DNA of 64,000 nucleotides from Azolla caroliniana (GCA_043228905.1 JBHGNT010000005.1:16678001-16742000); one strand, 5' to 3'. Shown: positions 39,000-52,880, counted from the first letter of the stretch. Numbers and translations: made by a program. Notes: a model not told the origin generated them from the letters alone.

Positions 39000-40067
39000 G
39001 AGGAAGAAACACATTCGCGTTCACAAGTGGAAGGATTGCGCATTCCACTTGTAGAATCTTCTTGAAACTATCCAAATATACCCTCTCTACAAAAATTGGA
39101 TGCACTAGTATCACATGTTCCACAACTTGATTAGAATTTGCAAATATAAAAATACATGATAGGTCTACGAGTGGAGATCATTAGAAATCATGCAAGTTTG
39201 GACATATTGATAAGTTAATGTAGGCATAATAAAGTTCAACAATGGCTCAATATGTCACTAATGTGCGACATGGGAAACACTAAGTTAAAGACTTATATTA
39301 ATTTGGTAAGTTTTACAAAAATATGAGGTGTACTTGTAACCATACTAATAAAATGAGTTATAATTTATACTTTGACCCATACTTGCATGTATATAATTGT
39401 GGACAATGTAGGATAGTGCACTTTAGGATAATGTGATTGGAATAACTAACTTATTAAAGTATTTAATACTTGTATTTAAAGTTGATCTAATCTATTCCTC
39501 AATTTGTTCCTATGGGATCAAACCATATGTATATAATTGTGGAAATAATGTGGTGGAAATAACAAACCTATTAAGGCTTTCATACTTGTATTTAAAATTG
39601 ATCTAATATATTGCTTAGGTGATTCACACGGGATCAAACTCCGAATGATAACGCTAGTGGAACTACAAGCGTATAAAAACATGTGGATAACGCTAGTGGA
39701 ACCATTATCAACACACTACACAATCTCAGCAGCAATGGAAGAGAAACATAATAGTTTTAACAATAGAAGACAAAGATCCATAATAACAACATGGACAGTC
39801 ATGGCAACAATTCTACGACCATGTTATGTTAAGGTAAACTTTGACCAAAATCAGCCTCAATTTAAACTAATTCATGTTTCTCCATAAATTTGGTAGTCAG
39901 CAATGCACGTAGTGAAACCAATGTCATAAGTCTACTAACCAAGTATATAAAAATAAAATTGAAACAAATAGAAGATTATAAAGAATAGAATCCACCAAGT
40001 AAAACCCAAAATTTGTATTAATAATGTGAAATCCAAACAATACATTTCGCGTTTTTAAAAGAGTCTA

Positions 40068-43000
40068 TTACATAGCAATCAAATCATCAATGTCATTTTC
40101 TTCATCATCCTATATAGAAGTCTCTTCAGCTATACGTGCATTGGCTTCCCGTGTTAGCCGAGCCAATGAAATTTCTTCTATAAGCTCATCATCAAGCTCG
40201 ATTAGCTCCCCCGGTTCCCCGGCCAACGGAGGAATAGGCTCTCGTGAAGCATGTTGAAACCTTTCAATATTAGCGAGGTTCTTTGCACTGACCTCCTCGT
40301 CCTGGTCTAGGCACTCCCACAAAGCCTTAATCCTCATGTTTATAAATATAACCTGCTCCTCGTCCTTCTCCAATGCAACTGTGTTTCTAAAGAGCTTCAA
40401 TGCACATGCGGACGTCGTTCTTGTGAAGAAAGTAACAAGAAGAATTAGTTCTCAAACAAAAAAGATTCAGTATTGGTTGTCTCAAGATCGTTACCCTAGT
40501 TCGAGGAATACCTGTGCCAAAAAAGTGGTCTAATATCCAGTCTCCTTCGATAGAAAACATCTCGATCAAGCGCATCATAAGTCGTTGAGGTTTTTGGTAT
40601 GGGTTGAGAAGTCCCCATTCTATCGTGGTGACATGTCGCAATTTCCGTGTCACTACTGGATATATCAGCAGATTTGAACCTTCCATTTCATTAGAATGCT
40701 CCTTGATTCTTTCTTTCTTAATCTCATCGAAGTAGCCAACCGTGATGTATTCAATGGTATTAACGAACCGAAAGGTTGGCCCTCTATTTACATTGGTTTT
40801 TATCCTATAACAAATATTACATCGAGTTAAGAATAGATTGAACAATCTTAAGAAAGACAATATAGTGAATGAGACATATAAATAATCCTTACCATGCAAG
40901 GTTCTCGATGCCATGGCAACGAGATCTCAAAGCTTGAGCTACCAAGTACCCTTGGTCCATACTATGAAAGACAACTATTCTCCACAACGATGCAGTTGTT
41001 AGCTCAGCAAAATCCTTGACCATCTTCACCAATTGTTTAAACCTAAATGGTTCATCGTCGTATGATGACCCTACCATTCGAAATCTGTAAGGAATATCCG
41101 CAATCATTAGCGTATATTTCTTCTTTGGCACTTTTTGGATCATGTCAACGACATCGTCGCAAACCACGTTGTAGTAAAGATCTCTCGTAATATCTTTTTT
41201 GTGGCTAAATTTTTTGAAGGAGCCATCTTCCTCCATTTCGTACGCCTTGAGTAAGCGACGATCCTTTTCTTTTCTAGCTCTCTCGAGATGTGCAAGGAAG
41301 GATGTCAGGAAATCGTGTATATCCTTAACTTCTCCTTGTTTCTTGCCATGAAACGGTTTCTAATAGAAGCAATAGGATATCAAGTTTTATTATACAAGCT
41401 CTACATATAATGAAAGCTTAATGAAAAACCACCAATACTAACCCAATCCTTGAATGCAATAAAATACTCCGATAATGCCTTATATGAAGACGTTAGAGGA
41501 TAATCCTTAGTCACTTGTTCCCAAGTTATACATCCAAGTTGTTTCATCATAACTTCTTGGATCTTCATGTACACCTTATGACTGTGAAATTAGAAAACAT
41601 GATTAGAACTTTCAATTGCAGCATATCGACTTCAATATCACTATTTGAAAGACTTACTTATTGAACTCAGTGACCATTTCTTCAAGGCTTAAATCTTTGG
41701 CCACAACCCTTGACAAAGCAGACACAAGAAGTTGCTCGTCCTTAATACCTTGCATCGCTCTCCACAGAGATAGCTTCATGTCGTCAACCACTTCTTCAAT
41801 TGTCAAATCAATTTTTTTGGCCGCTTGTGACTTTAATTCTAGTTGAGGGTCTACCTTACATTTCTTTTGTCATTGACCCTTGACTTCCTTATTCTCCCAA
41901 ATTGAGAAGATTTGATCTTGTAGGTCCCATACTTCTCCATCTCTAAAGGCCAGTTGAAACCAAGACTCATATTTTCGAAGACCATCGGACTTAACATTAT
42001 CATCTACCACAATGCCGACTTCATGCAAGCATTGACGTCGTAGGCCTGGATGTAGCTTCACACCAAACTTTTGTTTGACATCCAAATACTCGTGGTGGAA
42101 GAACCTTATACGCTCAATCGATGACATTTTCTAGATCTTTTTTAAATGCTTCTAGCCCACAAGATTCCTTTACTAGAAGATCTTCAGAAAGGAACACTTT
42201 ACATACCCCCTTAGAGCACTCTATCATTACAAGTATGTTGGCCGAATCTGAATCTTCATAGTCAAATCGTAGAATACAGGCCATACATAAATGCGGTTTC
42301 ATTTTCAAGCTACCCCTCGCCCTTCTTCTTTGTTGTATACAACACAACTTTTTTCTTTGAGTCGACGTATTGCATACACCATTCCTGGTCCGTTAGATCA
42401 CGGTTAGGAAGGTCTTCACCACCAGTAGCTGCTAATAGTTTTTTTTGGCTAACCTCATTGGGTGGTTGAGATTTTGTCTCCTTGTTGAAGAGAAGCTTTT
42501 CTCCTCTCTTCATGTTCTCGGGAGCTATTAGGGTTTGTGTTTCAATTGGAGAGCCCTGTATGCGGAGCTTTATCTTCTTCACAGGTCGGCCTGACAAGTT
42601 CTCAAACGACCTATTTAAGAAAGGACATGCGAAAACTTAACTTAGGTGGTCACGTAGACTAAGGTTGTATATTAAAATACAAATAATTAGATGAAGACAA
42701 AAACTAGTAGGCAATTTGTGATAAACTATAAATATCAATCATGTATTGATTGAACATGGTAGTCCTTTATTCAAAAATCCATTCTAGTAAGAGCTATTCA
42801 ACTTAGAAAATATATATCTTAACAAGTATACAAGGATATATATTATCTTGCAGGGTAGGTATGGCTTATATTGATTCCATATCCATATTCTAGAGAATCT
42901 GCATATGATAGACTTGATTTTGGTATCCTAAAGGTAATTTGTGGGTTATTTGCTACTATTTTAAGCTATACTAGGTCATAAAACCTCTATAATTAAGGCC

Positions 43001-43877
43001 CCTATTTGTTACAAAATATGGCAAATCTCCATAAAAAAAGGCTGATTTTGACAGAAAGTTTGATATCTTTTCACACAATACTAAATTGTTGCCCCAAAGA
43101 CACAATATTCCTCTTTGAATTGTGTGTTTTATACAGGAACTCGATACGTCATATCGTGTTCTTGTATATAGTTTGTGTCTATACATGAACTCGATGCAGG
43201 GTATTGAGTTCATGTATCAAACACATACTTTACACAGGAACTCGATACGCCGTATCGAGTTCCTGTTTAAAACGCATAATATATACAAGAAAACACAAAT
43301 TGTGTACAAGAACTCGATACGCCGTATCGAGTTCCTGTATAAACACGAACATAATACAGGAACTCGATACGGCATATCGAGTTCCTCTTTAAAACACAAA
43401 CTGTGTACATGAACTCGATACACCGTATTGAGTTCCTGTATAAAACACAAACATTATACAAGAACTCGATACGGTGTATCAAGTTCCTGTTTAAAATGCA
43501 AACATAATACAAGAACTCGATACGGCGTATCGAGTTCCTATTTCAAACGCAAACATAATACAGGAACTCAATACGGCGTATCGAGTTCCTCTTTAAAACA
43601 AAAACTTTAAACAAGAACTTGATACGCCGTATCGAGTTCTTGTATAAAACACAAACATTATACAAGAACTCGATATGGCGTATCGAGTTCTTGTATAAAA
43701 CCTAAACTTCAAACAAGAACTCGATACGCCGTATCGAGTTCCTATATAAAGTTTGGGTTTTATACAGGAACTCGATACGGCGTATCGAGTTCTTGAGTGC
43801 TAAAACATATTTACAAAAATGTCCACAGTGTGAGAGGCTTACCTGGAGTCCTGGCGCTCGATTTTCTTTGAAGACAT
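40068..43877 (-). pseudogene. Spliced ParB-like / beta-class N4C-N6A DNA methyltransferase gene, copy 1 (ParB core deleted near 42130)
   Basis: Exon 1 43877-43843 (MSSKKIERQDSR), intron to 42611, further GT-AG introns. Motif IV LMIADIPY precedes NPYQKPQRLMMRLIEMFSIEGDWILDHFFGTG|TTSACALKLFRNTVALEKD (motifs X-I-II). Confidence 0.88.
43134..43795. repeat. Array of 13 palindromes CAGGAACTCGATACG-N-CGTATCGAGTTCCTG, period mostly 51 bp, in intron 1 of MTase copy 1
   Basis: Units start near 43134, 43184, 43235, 43307, 43357, 43408, 43459, 43510, 43561, 43612, 43663, 43714 and 43765, with A/C-rich ~20-nt spacers. Confidence 0.95.
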
Positions 43878-46174
43878 GGTTGATCTTGTCGATGTTTAGG
43901 CAGAGATCCCACTTTCGTGCTTCGTGCTCTGTGTGCTCTGTTAGCTCTGCTAGCTCTGCTTGCTCTATGTGCTCTTGTGCTTTGTGTGACTGAAATATGA
44001 CGAGGTCTTCCTATTTATAGGGATTGACCACAATGGTTAAAGTAACCACAGTCACTTTAACCAGGGTTGGCAAGCTTGAGGTTAGTTAGTTAGTAACCAC
44101 AGTCACTTTAACCAGACTTACTTATGATTGCATCAATGATTACAAAGTCAAACTAACATATTGATGATTGTTTTATAGTCAAAATAACATACAATGACTT
44201 TGAAGGTCATGAAGGAAACAATGATAGAGGTTAATAAATGAACCAATGATTGATTACTCAAAGCAACATTTTAATGACTCTTAATTGCTTTGTATTAAAG
44301 ATGTGGGCATGAATGAACCAATGATTGAAAATTCTTATATTTAAATTGGTGGGCATGAATGAACCAATGACTGAGAAGTTCTATATTAAATATGGGTGCC
44401 ATTAATTAACCAATGATTTTAACTTTAATCCAACATATATATGGCTTCATAATGATTGTAATTATATTATACTTGATTTAACTTTATACAGACTAGTTTA
44501 AGTAATTATTAATATGTTAAATACAATTATATCTTTATCTGTTTAATATTACTATGTTGAATAATATCTTAATGTATTGTATTAATATAATATTAAATAA
44601 TATAGACATTATATTGAGGGAGCTTCTATTTAAAGAGGAGTTAACATGTTCGCGTTCAGAAGTGGAAGGATCGCGCAAAAATGGAAGGATAAGGAATATT
44701 CCCTCAAATTTTGGGGTTTATATACTCTATTCACAAAACGTAATGATACCAGTATCACATGTTCTCAAAATGTCGTTGGAAAACCTCAAAAAATCATCAT
44801 TTCCTAAACTTGGAAAAACGCTAAAATTATGCTATAATCGAAATGGTACAATGTTCACTATCACTGAGAAGTCAAGAAGTAATGTATTTTGTAACAAACA
44901 ATGTCTATACAAAGCAATAATATTTCTAAACATAATTTATGCATATTTCGAGTATTACAAACGACACTCTCTTACATTAGATACCAAAATATCATTGAGG
45001 AGTGTAAAATTTACAAAAGTCACTCGTATCATGATCTAGAGTCGCTACTATAACTAATATACAATGCAGATTGTTCCTCGTCATCTTCGGATGTACCTAT
45101 TAAGGCATTGTCTTCATCTAAAACTAGACGTTGACATTCCATGTTATGTATAGACGATCTTGTTTGCCTTCGACATGAGACCCCTTGTAGAATAGGTAAT
45201 TTCTCCTTGATAATATCTATTGTAGACTTCTTGAGACGTCCAACTTTTGTTAGTGTGAAGTCATAAACAATAATATCTACGCCACCAATGTTTAGGCATG
45301 AAGTTCTACGAATATTTCTTTTCCCCTTTCTATTCCCCCTTGACCGTGGACATTCCATCATCTCTAAAGCATACTTGTCGGTAAAGGCATTTTTGCTTTT
45401 AGTGTTGTACCAATGCACCTTTATAGACTGGATTTGGCTTTGGTTCTCATGCATCACCACATCTAAAACCTTACCAATCCAAAATTGATGTCCCAGCTCA
45501 TTATCATCAGCAAGTGTAGCAATTAACATACCCATCTTCAATTCTTGCAAGTTCCCTTGCCACCTTGCTTCCGATGTTTTTGTCAACCTGGGTCCAACAT
45601 ATATGTCCCTTTGTGGTGGATGGAGCAAGCTATCATTAATCACATTAGGTGCAAGAGGAGAAGTCTGAGAATTACGACACTGTTGTATATTCCAGGTGAA
45701 GGGTATTTGCACGGTCCAAGTACCAAGGACACAATTGTCAACAATTTGTTCTTGATCTTTAAAGAACACATCCCACCATGATGTCTCTTGTTCCCCAGCA
45801 TACTTCTTCGCATTGTCAATGGGTGAAAGCATGCGAGTGGAAACAATTAGCTATGTCCTTGACATAGCTAATTAGCTATGCAAAAAGCTACCATTGATAA
45901 ATAGTCATTTTAGTAAAAAGCCATCATTAATAAATTAAGTATGCAAAAAACTACCATTGAAAATACTAGAGTGTTTTAATTACATATGTAAATGAGTGCC
46001 ATAAATGTGCAACATAAATTGATGTGTGCACCATAAATGTGTACCATAAATTATATATCGAATTCCTAGGTCCATTATGCATGATCCTTTGCCACATCAC
46101 GTAGGCCATCTCTAGTTGAGTACTGTGGGTTAGTTGCTACCACTGTTGCTAAACCCTATCGAGTCCACCTGCCG

Positions 46175-46870
46175 CCACTCTACACTGAGGGGCTGCTACT
46201 GTGCGTTCCAAGCATCATCAAAGAGCTGCTCAATCTGACGGGGTTCTCTTCTCTGTGACACTCTACACTGAGGGGCTGCTACTGTGCGTTCCAAGCATCA
46301 TCAAAGAGCTGTTCAATCTGACGGGGTTCTCTTCTCTGTGCCACTCTACACTCAGGGGCCATTACTGTGCGTTCCAAGCATCATCAAAGAGTTGTTCAAT
46401 CTGACGGGGTTCTCTTCTCTTTGCCACTCTACACTCAGGGGTTGCTACTGTGCGTTCCAAGCATAATCGAAGAGCTATTCAATCTGACGGGGTTCTCTTC
46501 TCTTTTCCACTCTCACTCAGGGGCCGCTACTGTGCGTTTCAAGCATCATTGGTAACTGTTCAATCTGACGGGGTTCTCTTCTCTTTTCCACTGTCACTCA
46601 GGGGCCGCTACTGTGCGTTTCAAGCATCATTGGTAACTGTTCAATCTGACGGGGTTCTCTTCTCTTTTCCACTGTCACTCAGGGGCCGCTACTGTGCGTT
46701 TCAAGCATCATTGGTAACTGTTCAATCTGACGGGGTTCTCTTCTCTATGCCACTCTATTCTCAAGTGCCTTCTATGTGCGTTTCAAGCATCATCGGTAAC
46801 TGTTCAATCTGACGGGGTTCTCTCCTCCATTGCCATCATTCTATACTCAGTTGCCACTACTGTCCAGTCC
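46175..46870 (+). repeat. Subterminal minisatellite (83-bp units then 59-bp units; core TTCAATCTGACGGGGTTCTCTTCTC)
   Basis: About 9 tandem copies directly visible; ORF starts spaced 83 bp apart (46201, 46284, 46367, 46450). Confidence 0.92.
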
Positions 46871-47158
46871 CGGATTGCTTCCACATTTCGATTTGACGGA
46901 GTTCACTCATCCAACGGCAACATTCTACACTCAGTTGTTGCCATTGGTCGGTCTTGGATCGCCTCCTCAACTGTTGGATCCAACAGAGTGAAATCCTCTA
47001 CTGTTCGGTCTTGGATTGCAATAACTTTTCTGTCTATTGATTATCTTGTGTATTGTTGTGTCTAATCTTGTGTATTGTGTGGAATATTTTTGTGTATTGT
47101 TGTTGCCCATAGCCATCTTTAATACTTGTTTTTTTTTCTGGAAATTTAGGGTTTTAAC

Positions 47159-50100
47159 ATGTCTAGCCAAATGGAAGGGGAAGAAGGGTGTTTAGAATTA
47201 CCCCTCAATGATCATAAGGATAGGGATGATGTTATCAGGACACAACAAGCCATACGAAACTATTGGGCAGAAAAAAAAAGGAAACATCGTCAATTGTTGA
47301 AGGATACGAAAGCCACACTCAGTAAAGGTAAGGATAGTTTAGATGAGAATGTAAGTAATGCGACTACCATCATAGAGAGAAAGGTTGTAGACTATTTCAA
47401 TGTTCAAACCAAGCACATCAGCAATGAAGAAAAGAAGGTAGTACTTTATGGAATATGTAATGATCCATCGATAAAGGACTTAGTTGATTGTGATGGTCTT
47501 AATGCAAACATATCATCTATTTTAGTAAATAATCTTCGTAATAGTTTCGTATCCATGAGCAGGTCAGAAGATGATCTTGTCTTAAAAAGGTCTAGTCTAA
47601 TGATGTTACTTAATAGTGATGTTGACGATATAAACATCAGTGAGCTATCTAAGGTAATTGGTGTTAGTAGAAAAACAGTGTACAATACAATGAACCGTAT
47701 AATTTCCTCGGGTGAAGGAACTAGTCTACTAAAGCTAACTACAAGATGTAAGCCAATGACACCCATAACATTTGAAATCAAGGATGTAATCACAATGTTT
47801 TGGACTAATGAGAGTAGGGTTTCACCCAATAAAAAGGATTTATGCAGGAAACGTGTTGGAAGAAATCAATACGAGGAGCATCCCATTCATCTTCTTGATG
47901 TACCTCAGGTATTTACATTTATCTCAACATTTGTTTTGACTCTACTCGGAAAGTTAATTAGCTCAGTTAGCAGAAAAGCTAATTAGCTTATCAGTTACAT
48001 TTACCTCAGTTAGCTACTAGGATCGCTACTACATAGGTAACTAGCTACTCTCAATAGTTACTACCATGATAGCTAATTAGCTATTCTCAATAGCTAATTT
48101 AGGTACTACCAGATAATTAGCTGTACTGCTAGCTAGTTAGCTATCATGGTAGCTAGTTAGCTATTTCGTTATTACCAGCTAATTAGCTACTAGGAAAGCT
48201 AATTAGCTACCATGATAGCTAATTAGCTACTATGATAGCTACTACATAGGTAACTGGCTACTCTCAATAGCTACTACCATGATAGCTAATTAGTTAGGAT
48301 AGCTAATTAGCCACCATTATAGCTAATTAGCTACTAGACCAGCTAATTAGCTACCATGATAGCTAATTAGTTACTAGGACAGCTAATTAGCCACCGTGAT
48401 AGCTAATTAGCTACCATGATAGCTAATTAGCTACTATACCAGCTAATTAGCTACCATGATAGCTAATTAGTTACTAGGAAAGCTAATCAGCCACCATTAT
48501 AGCTAATTAGCTACTAGACTAGCTAATTAGCTACCACGATAGCTAATTAGCTTCTAGACCAGCTAATTAGCTACCATGATAGCTAATTAGTTACTAGGAA
48601 AGCTAATTAGCCACCATGATAGCTAATTAGCTAGTAGACAAGCTAATTAGCCACCATGATAGCTAATTAGCTACTAGGACAACTAATTAGCTACTAGGAC
48701 AGCTAATTAGCTACCATGATAGCTAATTAGCTACTACGACAGCTAATTAGCTACCATGATAGCTAATTAGCTACTAGAATAGCTAATTAGCTACTAGAAT
48801 AGCTAATTAGCTACCATGATAGCTAATTAGCTACTACGACAGCTAATTAGCTACCATGATAGCTAATTAGCTACTACGACAGCTAATTAGCTACCATGAT
48901 AGCTAATTAGCTACTAGAATAGCTAATTAGCTACCATGATAGGTAATTAGCTACTACGACAGCTAATTAGCTACCATGATAGCTAATTAGCTACTACGAC
49001 AGCTAACTAGCTACCATGATAGCTAATTAGCTACTAGAATAGCTAATTAGCTACCATGATAGCTAATTAGCTACTACGACAGCTAATTAGCTACTACGAC
49101 AGCTAATTAGCTACCATGATAGCTAATTAGCTACTACGACAGCTAATTAGGTACCATGATAGCTAATTAGCTACTAGAATAGCTAATTAGCTACCATGAT
49201 AGCTAATTAGCTACTAGAATAGCTAACTAGCTACTAGAATAGCTAACTAGCTACTAGAATAGCTAATTAGCTACTAGGATAGTTAGCTAGTTACGAGAAT
49301 AACTAATTCCCCTTTATTACGCAGGTCGATTTATTTATTAGGTTCAAACGAATGCATCCAACTATCAAAGTTCAACTACGAACATTCGAGTCTCTTAAGC
49401 CACACTTTGTGAGACGCTTAAAGGATCGATACACATGTTGTTGCATTTACCATGTACAGATGGGTTTTCTGAAGGACTCTGTTAATCTACTACGTCACCA
49501 TAGCGCATCCCTAACTAATACAGTTTGCACATGTGGGTGCCAAATCTGTCGATCAAGCCCGCAAGAGGAGTGTAAATCATCTGAGCACGTTATCTCTTCC
49601 ATGAGTTATTTATTAGATTCAATATTGTGTCCGAGAGAATCTGACACTATCTTCCATATTCATAAATGTGTCATGGGTTTATGTCAAGATTGTGGCCCTA
49701 CTAGATTTAGGTGGTGTCCAAAAGAATTGAGTAGTGAAATATTGATCTCTGTGAAGTTATTTGAGTCAGTGAACACCAATTTCGAAGGAAAGCTGTGTAA
49801 AAGAAAGGATCTAGTTCGGAAGATGCTTAAACCAAGGGATTTGGTGTCTCTGTTTGTAGTATCTCTAGGAAAGTTCATTAAACACAACTTCATTTATTCA
49901 TGGCAGGCCCATCAGTTTAAGACTTGCATATCTGATTTCCCAAATGATGTAGTAGTCTCAGTAGTAGATTTCGCAGAGAATTATACTTTCAAGCAGCAGA
50001 ATGAAATTCAATCTATGCATTGGTGTTCAGTTCAGGTAACCATTTTTGTGCACATAACATATTTTCGAGTTTCAGGTGATGTTAAAAAAGTAATTCATTT

Positions 50101-51166
50101 CTTTATTTCCGATGATAAGAAGCATGATACCTTGTTCGTCCAACACTGTTTTAAGTTACATTGGCAGTGGTTATTAGCTCAACGTTTGGAGCTTACTCAA
50201 CATTGGGTCTGGTCTGACGGAGCTGCGTCACAATTCAAGGCTCGACGTCCATTTTATTTTGTGGGGAGGTATCCTGCTATAACAGGTTTGGAGATGAGAT
50301 GGAATTTTTTTGGGTCTGGCCATGGTAAAGGTGAACATGATGGTGCAGGGGCTGTTATAAAGCGGGCACTTACCCATGAACAACTAAAGACAGATGGTGT
50401 GCACATGAATTGTGCATCACATGTAGTTGAATTTTTAAGAACAAATATGTCGACGAGTGCCACAGGTGTTTATTCCTCGCAAGTTCGAGATATCAAACGT
50501 GAATTTTGGGAAGTGAAGATAGATGAAGTAAATAGGGAGAAGACCTGGGAGTGCCAAGGAATTCCCGAATTGCGATCTCTGCATGCTGTTCGCGGTTATT
50601 CCAGGTTGGATGGTCATTGTATTGCGGTTAGAGAATTGACTTGTTTTTGCTTCCATTGTGTGCAGGGAAATTGGAGATATTGTCTAAACAAAGCATACAT
50701 TCAGAATTGGGAGTATCACACTCTGAATGATAAGGAAGCAGTTGATGGAGAAACAGGGCAGAATGCTGACTTCACATATGAGGGACTTGGAGATACTTTG
50801 AGTGATGTCCTGAACGTTGGGGATAACTTCGCTGTAAATGCTGAAGAAGGCAATTCAGAGGGTGCTGATTTCTATATATTAAAGTGCACGGTTAGTAAAC
50901 AGTGTGCAAGGCAGAATATTGTAGATGCATGGGGAAATTTTGTATCTGCCGGGACATTCTACATCGAAGGCATTTTTTATGCAAAACTAGATGACTACGA
51001 ATATGTGTACAGGCTGTTAGAAGACAAACCAGCAGCGTATATGTACTCTCATTTGGTCAGATGCATCAACGTCCCAATGTCAGAATACAATAGCTGCTCC
51101 GGTTTATACACTGTTGGTGCTAATGTGTATGAATGTATTTACAATAGTATGCCATGGAATTTGTAG
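47159..51166 (+). CDS. Intact Sola2-type transposase, 863 aa (exons 47159-47908 and 49325-51166)
   Basis: Phase-0 GT-AG intron gives ...LLDVPQ|VDLFIRFKRMHP...; catalytic motifs VVDFAENY, WSDGAASQFK and GHGKGEHDGAG; HTH-like ISELSKVIGVSRKTVY; Cys-rich insert; no stops. Confidence 0.9.
47955..49305. repeat. AGCTAATTAGCT palindrome satellite (20-bp units) filling the transposase intron
   Basis: Dozens of AGCTAATTAGCT cores separated by ACCATGAT, ACTACGAC or ACTAGAAT. Confidence 0.97.
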
Positions 51167-51597
51167 CTACAAGTAGCACTTACCATGTTCTCTTGTAAAA
51201 CAAACATGTATTTCGCGAAAACAGATCAATAAATTCGTTTGGAATCAGTTTCTTGTATACAGTCTGCTTTCTGTGCTTCTTTCTCAATAAAATCATGTCT
51301 TTTTTGTTAAGTTTTAAGTTATAAGTTATAGCGACAGACTCATCAGTAGCTAATTAGCTGTACAAATGTATTTACAATAGTATGCCATGGAATTTGTAGC
51401 TACAAGTAGCACTTACCATGTTCTCTTGTAAAACAAACATGTATTTCGCGAAAACAGATCAATAAATTCGTTTGGAATCAAATTCTTGTATACAGTCTGC
51501 TTTCTGTGCTTCTTTCTCAATAAAATCATGTCTTTTTTGTTAAGTTTTAAGTTATAAGTTATAGCGACAGACTCATCAGTAGCTAATTAGCTGTACA
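51132..51597 (+). repeat. 233-bp tandem duplication covering the transposase stop and 3' UTR
   Basis: AATGTATTTACAATAGTATGCCATGG at 51132 and 51365, near identical. Confidence 0.9.
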
Positions 51598-51761
51598 AAT
51601 GCAGCTAATTAGCTGTACAAATGTAGCTAATTAGCTGTCAATAGCTAAATAGTCATCAATAGAATGAAATCAACAATCTGCAACATATTCCTCAAATTAC
51701 ATAGTAGATAAGTACAGTGGGAACAAAATTCTTCATTGAATAATGTCATCTCTTTACATAT

Positions 51762-52880
51762 TTATAAATTACCATTGGAAATGTCTACAAATCTCCTATA
51801 AACAGCTAAGCTCTTGCTAGTCAGTGGAACGAGTCTACATATATTATCCGCATATTGAGCTCGGTATGGAGTCCACAACCATGCACCTAGTTGGCAGCTC
51901 ACTGTTTGCACCAGGTACTGTTCAGGCATTTCCTCGGGTAGAATGAGACAGCATCTCCGAATATTGAAGTAGTGTCGGAAATGTTCTGTATCCAAAATCA
52001 ATGTATTGTCAGCATTATATTCAGGCCAAGTAGCCCAAAAATCAGAAAGCCTCTTGAATCTTGTAGCTTCCATCTGCTCACAATTTTCTCGTGCCCATTG
52101 ACCTTTAAAACGACTTCGCCATTTTGGGAAGAATCTTGCCAAACACTTCCACACATCTGATTTTGGTTTCTCACTCCAAATAAACAAATCGAAGTACTCC
52201 GCAGCCCACTCTAGAAACTGATTTGCATCCCTCCTTGGCTGCATATATCTCACACTCATCAAGACTTTATCCAGCTCCAAGATCAAGGCTCTTCGCTCGA
52301 CTTCTAGTGGTTTAGGTTTCCATTCCTGAAACTGAGCCGCTGTTACACCATTTTCTGGTAGGATACGATCAATCTCAATCAGCTCAGGTTCGGCTGACAC
52401 AACTGGTGTCCTTTTCCTCTTTAAACCCCTAGTCGACTGTGTTGGGCCTAGCTTCACATTCTGGTGCTCTTGTTTTGTCGACTTAGTTATCAATCCTTGG
52501 ATTACCTCAGTGCATGTAGCTACTGTTCTGCTCGATATCAATCCACTGGTATCACATGCTGCATCTACCTGCAACACCAAGTCATCCGTGCTACATGCTG
52601 CATCTACCTGCAACACCAAGTCATCCGTGCTACATGCTGCATCTACCTGCAACACCAAGTCATCCGTGCTACATGCTGCATCTACCTGCAACACCAAGTC
52701 ATCCGTGCTACATGCTTGATCAACTTGTGTGACCAGATCACTTGTGTCAGTTGCTACATCTACTTTCAAGATGGGGCCCTTTAAACATGCCGCAACATCA
52801 ACAGTATCCACACTGCCATTGGCCTTACGAGCAATAGAATCAAACCCTTTAGACTCTGCAACATCAGAAAACACCAACAT
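51762..52880 (-). CDS. Sola2 cargo: FCP1/NIF (HAD-fold) phosphatase-like domain preceded by 13-aa repeats; may be the last exon of the RING gene
   Basis: ALILELDKVL (HAD motif I DxDxT altered to ELDKV), PRRDANQFLEWAAEYFDLFIWS, FKRLSDFW and NTLILD follow the NIF pattern; STDDLVLQVDAAC x4 (39-bp repeat). Confidence 0.7.
   Translation of the reverse strand: MLVFSDVAESKGFDSIARKANGSVDTVDVAACLKGPILKVDVATDTSDLVTQVDQACSTDDLVLQVDAACSTDDLVLQVDAACSTDDLVLQVDAACSTDDLVLQVDAACDTSGLISSRTVATCTEVIQGLITKSTKQEHQNVKLGPTQSTRGLKRKRTPVVSAEPELIEIDRILPENGVTAAQFQEWKPKPLEVERRALILELDKVLMSVRYMQPRRDANQFLEWAAEYFDLFIWSEKPKSDVWKCLARFFPKWRSRFKGQWARENCEQMEATRFKRLSDFWATWPEYNADNTLILDTEHFRHYFNIRRCCLILPEEMPEQYLVQTVSCQLGAWLWTPYRAQYADNICRLVPLTSKSLAVYRRFVDISNGNL

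Larger units (their letters stand above)
39000..44634 (-). mobile_element. Sola-like DNA transposon copy 1 (methyltransferase-side arm), interrupted at 44635 by copy 2
   Basis: Begins GAGGAAGAAACACATTCGCGTTCACAAGTGGAAGGATTGCGC, homologous over ~120 bp to the end of copy 2 at 44635; abruptly ends the Copia fragment; contains the MTase gene. Confidence 0.7.

Noticed and set aside
43134-43795. CRISPR array (palindromic repeats with spacers; also 60700-61285)
   Set aside because: Spacers are short and related to one another, there are no cas genes, and the arrays lie in spliceosomal introns of eukaryotic DNA.
40068-43877. Bacterial contamination or a restriction-modification system
   Set aside because: The gene has conserved GT-AG introns and a TATA box, is embedded among plant TEs, and has no neighbouring endonuclease.
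44040-44420. Short direct repeats (AGTAACCACAGTCACTTTAACCA x2; ATGAACCAATGA x3) upstream of MTase copy 1
   Set aside because: They are not evident at the equivalent position in copy 2, so support for a regulatory call is too weak.
44554-45039. 161-aa ORF
   Set aside because: It spans an element junction and the AT-rich terminus, with no protein-like motifs.
46201-46812. Repetitive ORFs (MRSKHH...)
   Set aside because: These are translations of the subterminal minisatellite.
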